This document shows positions 18,995 through 29,701 of a DNA stretch of 64,000 bases, one piece after another. The stretch comes from Alphaproteobacteria bacterium. Lineage in GTDB: Bacteria > Pseudomonadota > Alphaproteobacteria > SP197. Every line of letters starts with the position of its first letter. Position 1 is the first letter of the stretch. The notes beneath the pieces are model-generated. The model saw only the letters and a list, made by a program, of their open reading frames with translations. It had not been told where the DNA came from and made no database searches. The stretch is from positions 3,616,001 to 3,680,000 of the forward strand of contig OZ219747.1 of the NCBI GenBank assembly GCA_964291265.2, read 5' to 3'. The position numbers and the translations under genes are program-made.

Positions 18995-21756
18995 GCGACA
19001 CCATCACCTTCTCGCTGGACGGAAGAACAGTCACCGCGCATTCCGGTGAATCGATCTGGCAGGTGGCGCGGCGCACGGGTACGCATATCCCCCATCTTTG
19101 CCATACCGAGATGCAGGACTATGCCGCAGACGGGAACTGCCGTCTGTGCATGGTCGAAATCGAGGGCGAACGCACTCTCGCTGCCTCGTGTATCCGCCAA
19201 CCGGCTGCGGGCATGGTCGTTCACAGCGCCAGCGCACGCGCCGAAGCATCGCGTCGTACCGTGCTTGAACTCCTCGTTGCCGATCAGCCCGGGGAACAGA
19301 GTGCCCACACCACCACATCCGAACTCTGGCGATGGGCCGGCGAGATGGGGCTCGACGACTCCCGTTTCCCGCGGCGCACGTCACGGCCGGCACCTGACCT
19401 CTCTCACCCGGCGATGGCCGTCAACCTCGACGCGTGCATCCACTGCAACCGCTGCCAGCGGGCCTGCCGCGATATCCAGGTCAATGACGTCATCGGCATG
19501 GCCTGGCGCGGTCCGCACTCGAAGATCGTCTTCGACTTCGACGATCCCATGAGTGAATCGACCTGTGTGGCCTGCGGGGAATGCGTCCAGTCATGTCCCA
19601 CCGGCGCCCTCATGGAAAAATCCCTCGTCGACGACGCCGGCATCGGCCGGCCGGTACCGTCACGGCAGGTGGACAGCGTATGCCCCTACTGCGGCGTGGG
19701 CTGCCAGCTCACCTATCAGGTGGAGAACGACCGTATCGTTGCCGTGAAGGGCAAGGAAGGCCCCGCCAATCACGGACGGTTGTGCGTCAAGGGACGCTTC
19801 GGTTTCGACTACATCACTGATCCTCAGCGGCTCACGCGACCGCTCATCCGCCACGACGATGCCCCCCGAGGCGCCGACGAGTGGATCGACCCCGCCGATC
19901 CCTTGTCGCACTTTCGCGAAGCGGACTGGGACGAGGCCCTCGAGGTCGCCGTCTCGGGTCTCGCCGCGATACGTGACCGCCACGGCGGTAGCGCCCTCGC
20001 CGGCTTCGGCTCCGCGAAGGGCTCCAACGAGGAAGCCTACCTGTTCCAGAAGCTGGTACGAACCGGCTTCGGCAGCAACAACGTGGATCACTGCACGCGA
20101 CTCTGTCACGCGAGTTCGGTGGCCGCCTTGTTGCAGACCATCGGCTCAGGCGCCGTCACCGCTCCCTTCACCGAAGCGCTCAAGGCGGATTGCATCATCG
20201 TTGTCGGCGCAAATCCGACTGAAAATCATCCGGTTGCCGCCACGTTCTTCAAGAATGCCGCCAAACTCGGCGCCAGCCTCGTGGTCATGGACCCGCGCGG
20301 CCAGACCCTGCGCCAGCACGCCACCCACATGGTCCAGTTCCGGCCGGGAGCCGACGTCGCGGTGCTGAACGCCATCATGCATGTCATTGTCGAGGAAGGG
20401 CTTCACGACACGTCCTATATCGAGACGATGACCGAGGGCTTCGAGGACTTGAGGCGCCACCTCGCGTCGTACTCTCCGGAAGCCATGGAACCCGTCACCG
20501 GCGTCGAGGCGGAGACCTTGCGGGCCGTGGCGCGCGCCTATGCCAACGCCGAACGCGCCATGATCTTCTGGGGCATGGGCATCAGCCAGCATGTTCATGG
20601 GACCGACAATGCCCGTTGTCTGATTTCCCTTGCGCTGATGACCGGTCACACCGGGCGTGAGGGTACCGGTCTCCACCCCTTGCGCGGACAAAACAACGTG
20701 CAGGGGGCCTCGGACGCCGGGCTGATCCCGATGAGCTTCCCCGACTATGCGCCGGTGGACGACGAGGACGCGCGGCAGCGCCTCGGCGCCCTCTGGGAAA
20801 CGGAGCTCAGCGCCGACCCGGGCCTCACCGTGGTGGAGATCATGGATGCGATCCATGGCGGAACGATGAAGGGCATGTACATCATGGGAGAGAATCCGGC
20901 GATGTCGGACCCCGATGCCCACCATGCCCGTGCCGCCCTGGCGAAACTCGACCATCTCGTGGTGCAGGATCTCTTTCTCACCGAGACCGCGATGCATGCC
21001 CACGTCGTCCTGCCGGCCAGTGCCTGGCCCGAGAAGGACGGCACGGTCACCAACACCAACCGCCAGGTCCAGCGCGGCCGCAAGGCGGTGCCCCTGCCCG
21101 GCGAGGCGCGCCAGGACTGGGCCATCATCCAGTCGATTGCCCGGGGTCTCGGGCTCGACTGGCGCTATGGCGATGTCAGCGAGGTCTACGAGGAAATGCG
21201 GCGGACCATGCCTTCCATCGCCGGTATCACCTGGCAGCGCGTCAGCACCGAGAATGCGGTGGTCTATCCGTGCGAATCAGCTGATGATCCCGGCCGGGAG
21301 ATCGTCTTCGCGGATGCCTTTCCGACGCCGAGCGGCCGCGGGTCCATGGTGCCGGCGGCCATCGTTCCGCCGGACGAGAGGCCCGACGCGAACTTCCCGA
21401 TGATCCTGACAACGGGACGACAGCTCGAGCACTGGCATACCGGCGCCATGACCCGGCGCTCCAGGGTCCTCGACAGCCTCGAGCCCGAGGCGGTAGCCAT
21501 GATGGCGCCTCGCGACATGGCCCGCCTTCACCTGGCTCCCGGGGACAACGTGCGCGTCTCCACGAGGCGCGGCGCCATCGAGGCCAGGGTGCGCATGGAT
21601 TCGGGCCTTCAGCCCGGCATGGTGTTCGTGCCGTTCTGCTACGTCGAGGCCGCTGCCAACCTGCTCACCAATCCGGCTCTCGATCCCGTTGGCAAGATCC
21701 CGGAGTTCAAGTTCTGCGCCGCCCGTGTGGAGCACGCCCGACAGGGGGGCCACTGA
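18991..21756 (+). CDS. fdhF: Formate dehydrogenase alpha subunit (Mo/W-bisPGD, Cys ligand)
   Basis: Start GTG 18991 after GGAGG; CRLCMVE, CIHCNRC, CVACGEC, CPYCGVGC, NNVDHCTRLCH, PLRGQNNVQG, KIPEFKFCA. Confidence 0.93.
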   Translation: MSDTITFSLDGRTVTAHSGESIWQVARRTGTHIPHLCHTEMQDYAADGNCRLCMVEIEGERTLAASCIRQPAAGMVVHSASARAEASRRTVLELLVADQPGEQSAHTTTSELWRWAGEMGLDDSRFPRRTSRPAPDLSHPAMAVNLDACIHCNRCQRACRDIQVNDVIGMAWRGPHSKIVFDFDDPMSESTCVACGECVQSCPTGALMEKSLVDDAGIGRPVPSRQVDSVCPYCGVGCQLTYQVENDRIVAVKGKEGPANHGRLCVKGRFGFDYITDPQRLTRPLIRHDDAPRGADEWIDPADPLSHFREADWDEALEVAVSGLAAIRDRHGGSALAGFGSAKGSNEEAYLFQKLVRTGFGSNNVDHCTRLCHASSVAALLQTIGSGAVTAPFTEALKADCIIVVGANPTENHPVAATFFKNAAKLGASLVVMDPRGQTLRQHATHMVQFRPGADVAVLNAIMHVIVEEGLHDTSYIETMTEGFEDLRRHLASYSPEAMEPVTGVEAETLRAVARAYANAERAMIFWGMGISQHVHGTDNARCLISLALMTGHTGREGTGLHPLRGQNNVQGASDAGLIPMSFPDYAPVDDEDARQRLGALWETELSADPGLTVVEIMDAIHGGTMKGMYIMGENPAMSDPDAHHARAALAKLDHLVVQDLFLTETAMHAHVVLPASAWPEKDGTVTNTNRQVQRGRKAVPLPGEARQDWAIIQSIARGLGLDWRYGDVSEVYEEMRRTMPSIAGITWQRVSTENAVVYPCESADDPGREIVFADAFPTPSGRGSMVPAAIVPPDERPDANFPMILTTGRQLEHWHTGAMTRRSRVLDSLEPEAVAMMAPRDMARLHLAPGDNVRVSTRRGAIEARVRMDSGLQPGMVFVPFCYVEAAANLLTNPALDPVGKIPEFKFCAARVEHARQGGH

Positions 21757-21789
21757 ACGCCCGGCCGCAAGGCGCCCCTCGTCCTCCCT

Positions 21790-22184
21790 GCATCGCCAAG
21801 GAATTGCAGCCGTGGACCCGAACCTTTCCTTTCGACTTCCACAGCGAGATTTTCTGGCTGAAGGGTTGGCCCGGACCGGACGGCATGGAACGACCGTCTG
21901 TTATCGGCCATGGCACGAATGACATCGTACATGCGCGCCTCGAAAGGGGCATCCTCGACGAGTTGAAGCAGAGAAATCCGGCCATCGCGCCGGGCCGGGA
22001 GAAGAGCACGCACCATCAATGGCTGACGGGCGAGGCAGGCCATCCGAAGTTCCGGGAACACCGAATCGGCGTCATGGCCATCATGTGCGCCGCCTCGAAC
22101 CGGGACGGCTTTCGCCGTGCTCTTGTCCGAGCCTGCCCGAAGCGGTTCGAGGATCGCCCGCTCGCACCCGGGGACGACGAATGA
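21790..22184 (+). pseudogene. P63C-domain (phage-associated) protein, C-terminal fragment
   Basis: IAKELQPWTRTFPFDF..EIF.LKGW...RPSVIGH.TNDIV.ARL..GILDELKQRNP...HHQWLT...GHPK; no N-terminus. Confidence 0.7.
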
Positions 22185-22615
22185 ACGCCACGATGCTGTA
22201 CGAGGACGACGTCATAGAGGCTGTGGTGGGCCATCTGGAGCAGTGTGGATGGCGCATCATAAGCACAGCCTGCGCTCGCACCAGACAGCACGGTGATGAC
22301 ATTCTGGCGGAGAAGGACGGGGCGACTCTCGTTGTTGAGGCCAAAGGTGCCACGTCGAGCGATGCCAAAAGCGCCAGACGCGATCGAGAATTCGACATGG
22401 GGCAGAAGCGCAGTCACGTCTCCAGAGCGCTCTACAAGGTGGCTTCCATCGTCAGCGCCGGGAAGCATCAAGCAGCGCTTGCGGTGCCCTCAGACGCTGG
22501 CCACCGCAAGCTGATAGACGACATCGCCCCCGCCCTCGCTGCACTCGACGTGACGGTGTTTCTCGTCAACAACGATCTCACCGTTGAGGCTCACAGCCGG
22601 CCTGTCGCGGGCTGA
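22181..22615 (+). CDS. Small PD-(D/E)XK restriction-endonuclease-fold protein
   Basis: EDDVIEAV..HLE..GW...HGDDILAEK....LVVEAKG; ATGA overlap with the P63C fragment. Confidence 0.65.
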   Translation: MNATMLYEDDVIEAVVGHLEQCGWRIISTACARTRQHGDDILAEKDGATLVVEAKGATSSDAKSARRDREFDMGQKRSHVSRALYKVASIVSAGKHQAALAVPSDAGHRKLIDDIAPALAALDVTVFLVNNDLTVEAHSRPVAG

Positions 22616-22791
22616 CCACCGAATGTCGGCTGAAACACAATACCCTGCTCCAAGAAACTCTGTCGGAACTTGATCGCTCCCAGGACCATTCTATTGTCGG
22701 GCATGGAGTGCTGATGTGGCAGAGACCGGGCATGCTTGAGGCGACCCGGGTTCACGACGTGCCGGTTTCAGTGGGCGTTGCCGGTGCATCA

Positions 22792-23747
22792 GAGTTTGAA
22801 TCATAAGTCATTGATATTGTTATGTTACTTGATTCATGCACTTAACTCCCGCGCCACCCGCCGCATGAGAAACCGGCACGCCGCCAGCCTCGCCCAGGCC
22901 AGGGAGCTCGCCTCGGTGCGCTCGAAATCCTTGGCCAGTCGACGGCATCGGCCCATCCAGGCACAGGTCCTCTCCACAACCCAGCGACGGGGAAGAATGG
23001 TGAACTCCCTGACACCCTTGTGTCTTTCGACAACCTTGATCACATCCGGCAAACCCCTGCGGGCCAGGGCAGCACGCAGCTTGGAACTCCCGTAACCGCC
23101 GTCGGCAAACACTCGCGAGACCTCCGGCGCCTTGCTCAGAAGGGTCACAAGCACATCCACAGCCGCGTCCCGATCCTGGATGCCGGCCGGATGAATGCTG
23201 AGGACAATCGGTGAACCCTCGGTGTCCACCGTCAGATGACGCTTGCGGCCCTTGATCTTCTTGCCCGCACCATAGCCAGAAGGACCGCCACACTCCGTCG
23301 TCTTCACACTCTGCGTGTCGACCACCGCAGCCGTGGGTTCAACACGGCGACCCGCCAGACGACGCGCATAAGCCCGCAACGCATCCAGCATGCGCTCGAG
23401 AACACCGCTGCGTAACCAGGCATAGAAATAGTTCTGAACCGTGGAAAACGGTGGATCATCAGACGGAATCAGGCGCCACTGGCATCCCGATGCCAGCATG
23501 GACTGGATCGCATCGAACACCCGGCGGGGGTCCGTCGTGCGGGGACGGCCCATCCGACCCTGCGCCGGAATCAGAGGCTCGATGAGTGCCCACTCCTCGT
23601 CGCTCAGATCGTTTTGCCGGTAGTCGTCGCTACGCCCATACTTCGCCTGGGTGGCCCCATTCCAAGCCATGATACCCTCCATCTGTGGGTTGTGTACCTG
23701 ATGGAATACCATGGCTTGGGGCTACCCGCGACTTTAGGAACAAACTC
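22792..23747 (-). mobile_element. IS5-family (IS1031-like) insertion sequence, 956 bp
   Basis: IRs GAGTTTG...CAAACTC; 3-bp DR TCA at 22789-22791 and 23748-23750. Confidence 0.88.
22834..23670 (-). CDS. IS5-family transposase
   Basis: DLSDEEWALIEPLIP, GCQWR, VVDTQSVKT, KKIKGRKRH, FADGGY, RRWVVERT. Confidence 0.92.
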   Translation of the reverse strand: MAWNGATQAKYGRSDDYRQNDLSDEEWALIEPLIPAQGRMGRPRTTDPRRVFDAIQSMLASGCQWRLIPSDDPPFSTVQNYFYAWLRSGVLERMLDALRAYARRLAGRRVEPTAAVVDTQSVKTTECGGPSGYGAGKKIKGRKRHLTVDTEGSPIVLSIHPAGIQDRDAAVDVLVTLLSKAPEVSRVFADGGYGSSKLRAALARRGLPDVIKVVERHKGVREFTILPRRWVVERTCAWMGRCRRLAKDFERTEASSLAWARLAACRFLMRRVARELSA

Positions 23748-23902
23748 TCAGAAGTGTTCAGGCCCGCTTTGGGGTGTTTGGACACATCTGTCCTGTTGCG
23801 CCGCCCGTCCTGGCGGCAGGTTCCCGGCGTGTTGCGGGGGTCAGGAGTGACGGTTCATCCGCCGAACGGGGTGAGGATAGCGTCGAGTGCGTCCTGGGCG
23901 CG

Positions 23903-24296
23903 TGCGGCCCCGCCTGGTCTTGCCTCGCGCTTGACATCATCCTTGACCTGCACCAAGGCCTCATGTCCTCAACACCAGCATCCTTGAGCGGAACTATTCC
24001 GACAAGCCACTCACATGTTCTCTGGAGAACCTTTGGAGAGGTCACCACGGAGCCGGTCGGCGACGGTGAGGCCAAGCGGCCTGGCCCGGTCGATGATGGC
24101 GATCTGGCGTCCCGAGGGCTGAGGTGCGCACACCCGGCGCCGGGTGAGTTACTGGATCACCTCGTCGCGCTACGGTCGCCTCGGCGGCCTGGTGTTCTGT
24201 GCGGCCCGTTGGCACCAGAAGGCGCGCGACGACTTCAGCGGCCGGTCCCAGGGAGCGCGTGACGTCCACCTCGGCAAGGTCGTCAACCACGATCGC
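23903..24296 (+). pseudogene. Fragment of a DUF4338-IS4 transposase
   Basis: DNA similar to the reverse complement of about 41780-42170 (SYWITSSRYGRLGGLVF.AARWHQKARDDF). Confidence 0.8.
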
Positions 24297-24785
24297 AAGC
24301 CTTGGGCGGGGACCTCGAGACCGTGGGCGCCCTTGCCGAGCACGAACAGAGGGCCCACCGCGCGACCTGCGGCATGAAGGCGCAGGCCTTCGTCGCCCTG
24401 GCCGCCGCCGTGCCCCTGTGGCGCGCCACCGACGCGGCCCTCGTCGGCCTCGGCGACTGGTCGAGGCGGGCCACCGAGGTGCTTCGCCAGGGCAGCGAGG
24501 GTCCAACCGTCGCTGCGCAGGATGTCGAACGGGCGCCCTGATCGAGAAAGGCCGCAGGTTTGCGGAGGAATGGGCCGCGGCATCCCTCTCACGCGACGAC
24601 ATGGAGGGCGCCCGGGACGCCGTAGGAACCATCAGGCAGCTCGAGGCAGCGAGGCAGCCCGGTTGTTGACGGCCGCATGCCAGGCGTTCACCCCCATCAA
24701 CACCCCAGATGCTGACGGCCCTGGAGAACCTCGCCGGACGCGAAGACACGCCGCAGGCAACGCGTGACCTGATGGCCGGATGGGG
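24297..24785 (+). pseudogene. Internal fragment of the MOBF relaxase C-terminal repeat region
   Basis: AVPLWRATDAAL, DMEGARDAV and TPQATRDLMA match the 47576-54343 protein (about 49720-50250). Confidence 0.85.
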
Positions 24786-24789
24786 AAAC

Positions 24790-24823
24790 GCCGAAATCCC
24801 GCCGTTCTATGCAGCCATCAACA
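24790..24823 (-). repeat. 34-bp TGT-ended transposon-terminus-like repeat, copy 1 (reverse orientation)
   Basis: Exact reverse complement of TGTTGATGGCTGCATAGAACGGCGGGATTTCGGC. Confidence 0.85.
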
Positions 24824-24924
24824 GAGGAGAGACCAGCCGCCGGGTTATGCTTGACGTAATGCGGATGCCGGCGCTAGGATGTGTACCGTGCGCCGTGCAA
24901 TCGTAGCGGAGAACGTGAATTGTC

Positions 24925-25206
24925 GTGATAGTCGGCTTCGCTGACAGGAAAACCGAGGCGTTTTACGAGGGCCGCCGGGTAGCCGCCTTCTCCGGCTTTG
25001 CCCGCACCGCGTCGCACAAGCTCGACCAGCTCGACGCCGCCACCGAGCCGGGCGACCTAGCGCGGCCCGGCAATCGACTGAAGGCACTCAAAGGTCGGCG
25101 CAGGGGACACTGGAGCATTCGCATCAACGACCAGTGGCGGATCTGCTTCAAGTGGTCCGAGGAGAGTTCCGGTCCGACCGAAGTTGAAATCGTCGACTAC
25201 CATTGA
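24925..25206 (+). CDS. higB: HigB-type (RelE/ParE) toxin
   Basis: MIVGFADRKTEAFY...PGNRLKALKG.R.GHWSIRINDQWRICF.W...VEIVDYH. Confidence 0.92.
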   Translation: MIVGFADRKTEAFYEGRRVAAFSGFARTASHKLDQLDAATEPGDLARPGNRLKALKGRRRGHWSIRINDQWRICFKWSEESSGPTEVEIVDYH

Positions 25207-25219
25207 GAGGAGGCAGAAC

Positions 25220-25531
25220 ATGCGTGAACCCATCCATCCCGGCGAGACGTTGCGTGAGGACCTCGACGCGCTCGGCATGAGCGCGGCGGAGTTGGCGCGG
25301 CGCATCGAAGTGCCGGTCAATCGCATCACCGAGATTCTCAACGGCCGGCGGTCGGTCACGGGCGATACCGCCCTACGCCTGGGGCGCTTTTTCGGCACCT
25401 CGGGCGAGTTCTGGCTCAATCTCCAGAAGCTCTACGAGCTGCGGAGTGCTGAACAGAAGAACGGAGCGAAGATCGCCCGGCTGAAGCCGCTGGAACCGGA
25501 ATTGGATATTCAGCCGCATGCGCTCACTTGA
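25220..25531 (+). CDS. higA: HigA-type antitoxin (HTH)
   Basis: PIHPGETLREDL...RITEILNGRRSVTGDTALRLGRFFGTSGEFWLNLQ; RBS GAGGAGG. Confidence 0.93.
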   Translation: MREPIHPGETLREDLDALGMSAAELARRIEVPVNRITEILNGRRSVTGDTALRLGRFFGTSGEFWLNLQKLYELRSAEQKNGAKIARLKPLEPELDIQPHALT

Positions 25532-25588
25532 ACCGCCGTCCCCCAACCGACGCGGTTGAGGGGTCGTGATGCATCAGGATCCCGAGCC

Positions 25589-25934
25589 ATGACGGAGGGT
25601 CAGATGAACCTCGACCTTGCAGGGAAGCCGAGCGCGCGTGTCATTCTCGACCGCATTCGCGGGGAGAGCCACGATGAGGCCGAGAAAGGAGCCGGAGTTC
25701 GAGATCGACGGGATCTGGCGCTGAGCGGAGTGGTCCGAGCGCGAGGCATTGACAAGACTCGACGGGCGCGACATCGGGATCGATCTGGTGGCGCGGCGTA
25801 CCTCGGGCGAGTGGGTCGCCATTTCAGTGCAAGTGCTACGACACCGGCATGTACTCGGCAAGAGCGGGATTGACAAGTTTCTCGGCTCGCAACAGCCGGT
25901 CTTCCGCCTGCGGTGGGTCGTGACGACTTGCAGC
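25589..25934 (+). pseudogene. Mrr-like nuclease N-terminus of a type ISP restriction-modification/helicase protein, frameshifted and cut by IS630
   Basis: Spread over several frames: LDRIRGES.DEAEKG, RDIGIDLVARRTSGEWVAI(Q)CKCY, IDKFL. Confidence 0.65.
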
Positions 25935-26931
25935 TAGTGTCCTGTCATTCGTCAAATGTCGGATAGAGACGTTTGAGTTTCACGCGGGCATCTTCGGTGG
26001 TGAACTGCCAATCCACCTTGGCTTGGATGCGGTCGCGGGAGGCCTGCGAGGCGGTGACTTCCCGGCGTAGCACCTCGATGCAGTCGATGCGGCGGTTGAG
26101 GCACTGGCGGATCATGACGTTGAGTTCCACCTCGGCCACGTTCAGCCAACTGCCGTGCTTGGGTGTGTAGACGAACTCGAAGCGGTCCCACAAGGCCTTG
26201 GCCTCGTCCGGCGGGTAGGCCTCGTAGAGGGCGCCCGGCCGATGGGTGTTGAGGTTGTCCATCACCAGGGTGATGGTGGTGGCGTCCTGGTAGCGCGAGG
26301 CGATGTCGGCCAGGAACTGCGCCCAGTCGATCTTGGTCTTGCGCTTGGTCACCTTGGTCATGCGCTTGCCGGCCAGGGGTTCCGTGGCCATGAAGACGTT
26401 GCAGGTGCCGCAACGTCGATACTCGTCGTCGTCACGCGCTGACCGCCCTGGCGCCATGGCGATCGGTTGCCGTGTCTCGCCGATCAGTTGTCGGGGCGTT
26501 CCGTCCATGCAGAACACGGGGAAGGCGGCATCATAGGGGCGGCGATAGACATCGAGCACCTTCTCCATCGCCGCGGCGAAGTCGGCGTTCCCTTGAGGAG
26601 GAATCACCCATCCGACCCGCTGCCATGGCTTGAGGCAGTTTTTTTTAGAACACGCCGCACCGTCTCGTGTGACACGGCATCGATGTAGCCAAGCTCGACA
26701 ACGCGATCAGCCAGCAGCCGCAACGACCATTGCGCGTGACCCTCGGGCGGTTCGCCGCAACTCAGGGCCACGAGGCGCGCCTCGAAGGCACCGTCGGCTT
26801 TTCGCACGGAGCTGGGACGACGTCCCTGCCGGCCACCCAATGCCGCCTCCAGACCCTCTTCCACGAAACGCTTCTTCACCCGGTCTACCTTGCGCATGCT
26901 GATGCGCAGAATCCCGGCAATGACCTCCCCG
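25935..26931 (-). mobile_element. IS630-family element, 5'-truncated; two ORFs joined by an A8 slippery site near 26640
   Basis: HTH ORF (VKKRFVEEGL..PPEGHAQWSLRLLA..SHETVRRVLKK) and DDE ORF (EYRRCGT, VMDNLNTH, YTPKHGSWLNVAEVE); first motif reads CMDG rather than CMDE. Confidence 0.88.
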
Positions 26932-27012
26932 TGTTGATGGCTGCATAGAACGGCGGGATTTCGGCTTATCTTGCCAGGTGTTGATGGCTGCATAGAACGG
27001 CGGGATTTCGGC
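26932..27012 (+). repeat. Two tandem copies of the 34-bp terminus (26932-26965 and 26979-27012)
   Basis: Exact direct repeats separated by 13 bp. Confidence 0.9.
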
Positions 27013-27830
27013 GATTTGCCGCGCTTTGTCAGGGTCGTGTTTCTTCCCTGTTGTCAGGTCCTATTGTCACGTCCTGTTGTCGTGGGTTCAGTGTTCGGTT
27101 GATTGTCTCACCGAGCGCCGCCCGTCTTTTCCTATTGTCGTTTTGGTCCGGTTCGGGTTGTTCCGTCGGCCTCTGATTTGGGCTTGGTGACGGTTGCCGG
27201 GAGGGTTCCGGTTCCGAGGCACTCGCGGGATCGTTTGTCTTCCCTGTCGTCTGGGTCGCGTTGTCCGGTCCCGGGGCGGCGAACTGGCATGTGTCCGGAA
27301 TGCCCACACGCGGAACTTCGCGTGGGCATGAACCCGCACCTGGGACGAGTTGCTACATCCGATCAACCTCCCACAGTCGCGCAGCCGGGGCCCATCATGA
27401 GCATGAGTTCATCCTGACGACCCTCGACAAGGACGTTGCCCCCCTTCGTCAACGAGGCCGGCCCGCACCCGGTCCCTTGCCAAGCCGATGTCATTGCGGC
27501 GACCTTCTTGCCCACCGATGTGATTGCGCCTGGATGTTCAGTCGTCGGACAGGACACCGAGAGCTTCCTCGCACCTCGTTGGCGGATGCAGATCAGGTAG
27601 CCCGGCAGTTCCTGCGCTCTGGGGAACAGCCATCCAGGACCAGGACAGCGATACGGTCCGCCAACGGGCGCCGTCAACATTGGTGCCTCCGGCGTACAGG
27701 CCATCCATCACCCCTGATGCTGGCTTGCGGCACCACAGGCTGGAACATCGAACTGACATGCCGTGTCCCGCCACGCAAACACGGTGGGGCCGGAACGATA
27801 CGAGATGGATCGTTACGGCCCTTTCAGCAA

Positions 27831-28973
27831 CTACATGCCGGCGAGGACCTCGTCATGCAGATTGACGAGCTTGCGCTGGATGTCAGGTGGCACCGTTTGG
27901 AACCACAGGCTCCCCGAGAGGATCGCTTCGGGATCCTCGAGTCCGAGATTCTCGATAATGGCCTGCGACGCCATGTCGTAGGACTTCGCGTTGGTGGCGC
28001 CGTAGGCGTATTCCTCGATCATGAAGACGCCGACTTCCGGAGCCAGAGTGGCATCGAGATAGTCATAGCGCTGTTCCTCGGTCCCGACATGGCTCCTCAG
28101 GAGCACGTGGCCGTCAACCCAGGTCAGCAACCCTTCCTTCGGTACCATGTATTCGACTTCGACCCCTTCCGCCTTCAGTGTCGCGTATGCGGAATTCCAG
28201 GCGTACATGGCGACAATCTCACCGGACGCCAGGGCCGCCTGAGCATCCACCTCGCTCGCCCAGTAGAAGCGGTTGAGACCGCGCTGTTCCTGGAGCAGCT
28301 TGCGGACCTCCACGATCTCGTAATCCGTCATCGCGAAGGGATCCTCGACTCCCGCGATCAGTCCCGCGGGAATCGTTGTTCCGGCCCAGTTGTCACGCAT
28401 GGCCACCCGGTTGGCGTACTTGGGATCCCAGAGGATATTCCAGGTGTGGTTCTCCTTGCCGGAGTACTCGGGCGCCAGGTCGCTGCGAAACACGATGGAG
28501 GAGTTCCCCCAGGACCACGGAGCGTAGTACTGGTTGCCCTCGTCATCGAACGTGCCGCGGATGTTCCGCAACTGATCGAAGATGTCAGGCCAGTGGCTGA
28601 GCCGACTGGTGTCGATGGGTTCCGCCAGGCCTGCGTGAATCCAGCGGATGACGGAGCTGCCACTGGGGCAGACGACGTCGGCCTCAAAGCCGGCGCGGAT
28701 CTTCTCCAGGGCCTCGTCGTTGTCGGCATAGAAGGACGAATCGGGTTCGCGTCCATACTTCTCGGTGAACGCCGGGTGAAGCTCCGGCAGTTCGTAACCG
28801 TTCCACGTGAAGAGATAGAGCCAGCCGTCCTCACCCGACGCGGGCTGCTGGACGAGCGGCATGGTGGCTGAGGCCACACCGACCGCTCCCAGGGTTCTGA
28901 CGACATCCCTCCTCGTCAGCGCCTTCTTGGACAGTGCATCCTTGAACTCGTCGACTGGCATGATTCCGGGCAT
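27831..28973 (-). CDS. Polyamine-type (PotD/PotF) ABC substrate-binding protein with Tat signal
   Basis: LTRRDVV twin-arginine leader; FTWNGY, PIDTSRLSHW, PWSWG, YMVPKEG.LTWVD. Confidence 0.88.
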   Translation of the reverse strand: MPGIMPVDEFKDALSKKALTRRDVVRTLGAVGVASATMPLVQQPASGEDGWLYLFTWNGYELPELHPAFTEKYGREPDSSFYADNDEALEKIRAGFEADVVCPSGSSVIRWIHAGLAEPIDTSRLSHWPDIFDQLRNIRGTFDDEGNQYYAPWSWGNSSIVFRSDLAPEYSGKENHTWNILWDPKYANRVAMRDNWAGTTIPAGLIAGVEDPFAMTDYEIVEVRKLLQEQRGLNRFYWASEVDAQAALASGEIVAMYAWNSAYATLKAEGVEVEYMVPKEGLLTWVDGHVLLRSHVGTEEQRYDYLDATLAPEVGVFMIEEYAYGATNAKSYDMASQAIIENLGLEDPEAILSGSLWFQTVPPDIQRKLVNLHDEVLAGM

Positions 28974-29065
28974 GGCGTCTCCTTATCGACAGGTTTCTTG
29001 TGGGGCAGGATACGGAAATGTCGGACACTTGACCAACCGGCGGCCGATCTGAAGGAGAAAGCGCC

Positions 29066-29701
29066 ATGGCACTGTCACGCAAGGAGCTGATGAGACGGAT
29101 CTACCAGCCGCGGGATATGCGGGAACTGCGCCAGACGTACGACATCTGGGCCGACGACTACGATGATGACGTCGCACGCCGGGACTACAGACTCCCCGGA
29201 ATCATCACGGCCCTCGTGGCGCGTCACGTCACCACCGGTGCCGGAACCATCCTGGATGCCGGGGCCGGTACCGGCATTCTCGGAGAGTGGCTCTCCCTGG
29301 CCGGGTACCGAGACATCCTGGCCCTCGACATGTCCCCGGGCATGCTCGGGGGTGCCGCCCGCCGGGGTGTCTACAGCAGTCTTCAAACCGGTGAACTCGG
29401 GCAGCTGATCGATCTGCCGGATGGCCGCTTTGCCGCCGTTGCCTCGGCCGGCGCCTTCGGCATGACCCATGCGCCGGCCCACGGCTTCCGTGAGATGGTC
29501 CGCCTCACCCGGAAGGGTGGATATCTTGTCCTCTCAATCCGCCTCGAAGGTATGGATGAGGGAGGATTCGAGGAGGAAGCCCGACGCATGGAACGGGACG
29601 GTCTGTGGCACTGCGTCGAGTCCTTGGCCCCCTTCGAGGCCTTCGCCGGAGACCGCGAGAGCCTCTACGTCATATGGGTCTTCCAAAGCCTCTCTCCATG
29701 A
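29066..29701 (+). CDS. Class I SAM-dependent methyltransferase
   Basis: YDIWADDYD, ILDAGAGTG, LDMSPGML; RBS GGAGA. Confidence 0.88.
   Translation: MALSRKELMRRIYQPRDMRELRQTYDIWADDYDDDVARRDYRLPGIITALVARHVTTGAGTILDAGAGTGILGEWLSLAGYRDILALDMSPGMLGGAARRGVYSSLQTGELGQLIDLPDGRFAAVASAGAFGMTHAPAHGFREMVRLTRKGGYLVLSIRLEGMDEGGFEEEARRMERDGLWHCVESLAPFEAFAGDRESLYVIWVFQSLSP

Larger units (their letters stand above)
22681..23902 (-). mobile_element. ISAs1-family right-end remnant, interrupted by IS5
   Basis: Homologous to 39744-40006: begins CAGGACCATTC and encodes the ...RAQDALDAILTPFGG* tail. Confidence 0.75.

Noticed and set aside
26932-27012. CRISPR mini-array
   Set aside because: Only two adjacent repeats with a 13-bp spacer, no cas genes, and other copies are dispersed at breakpoints
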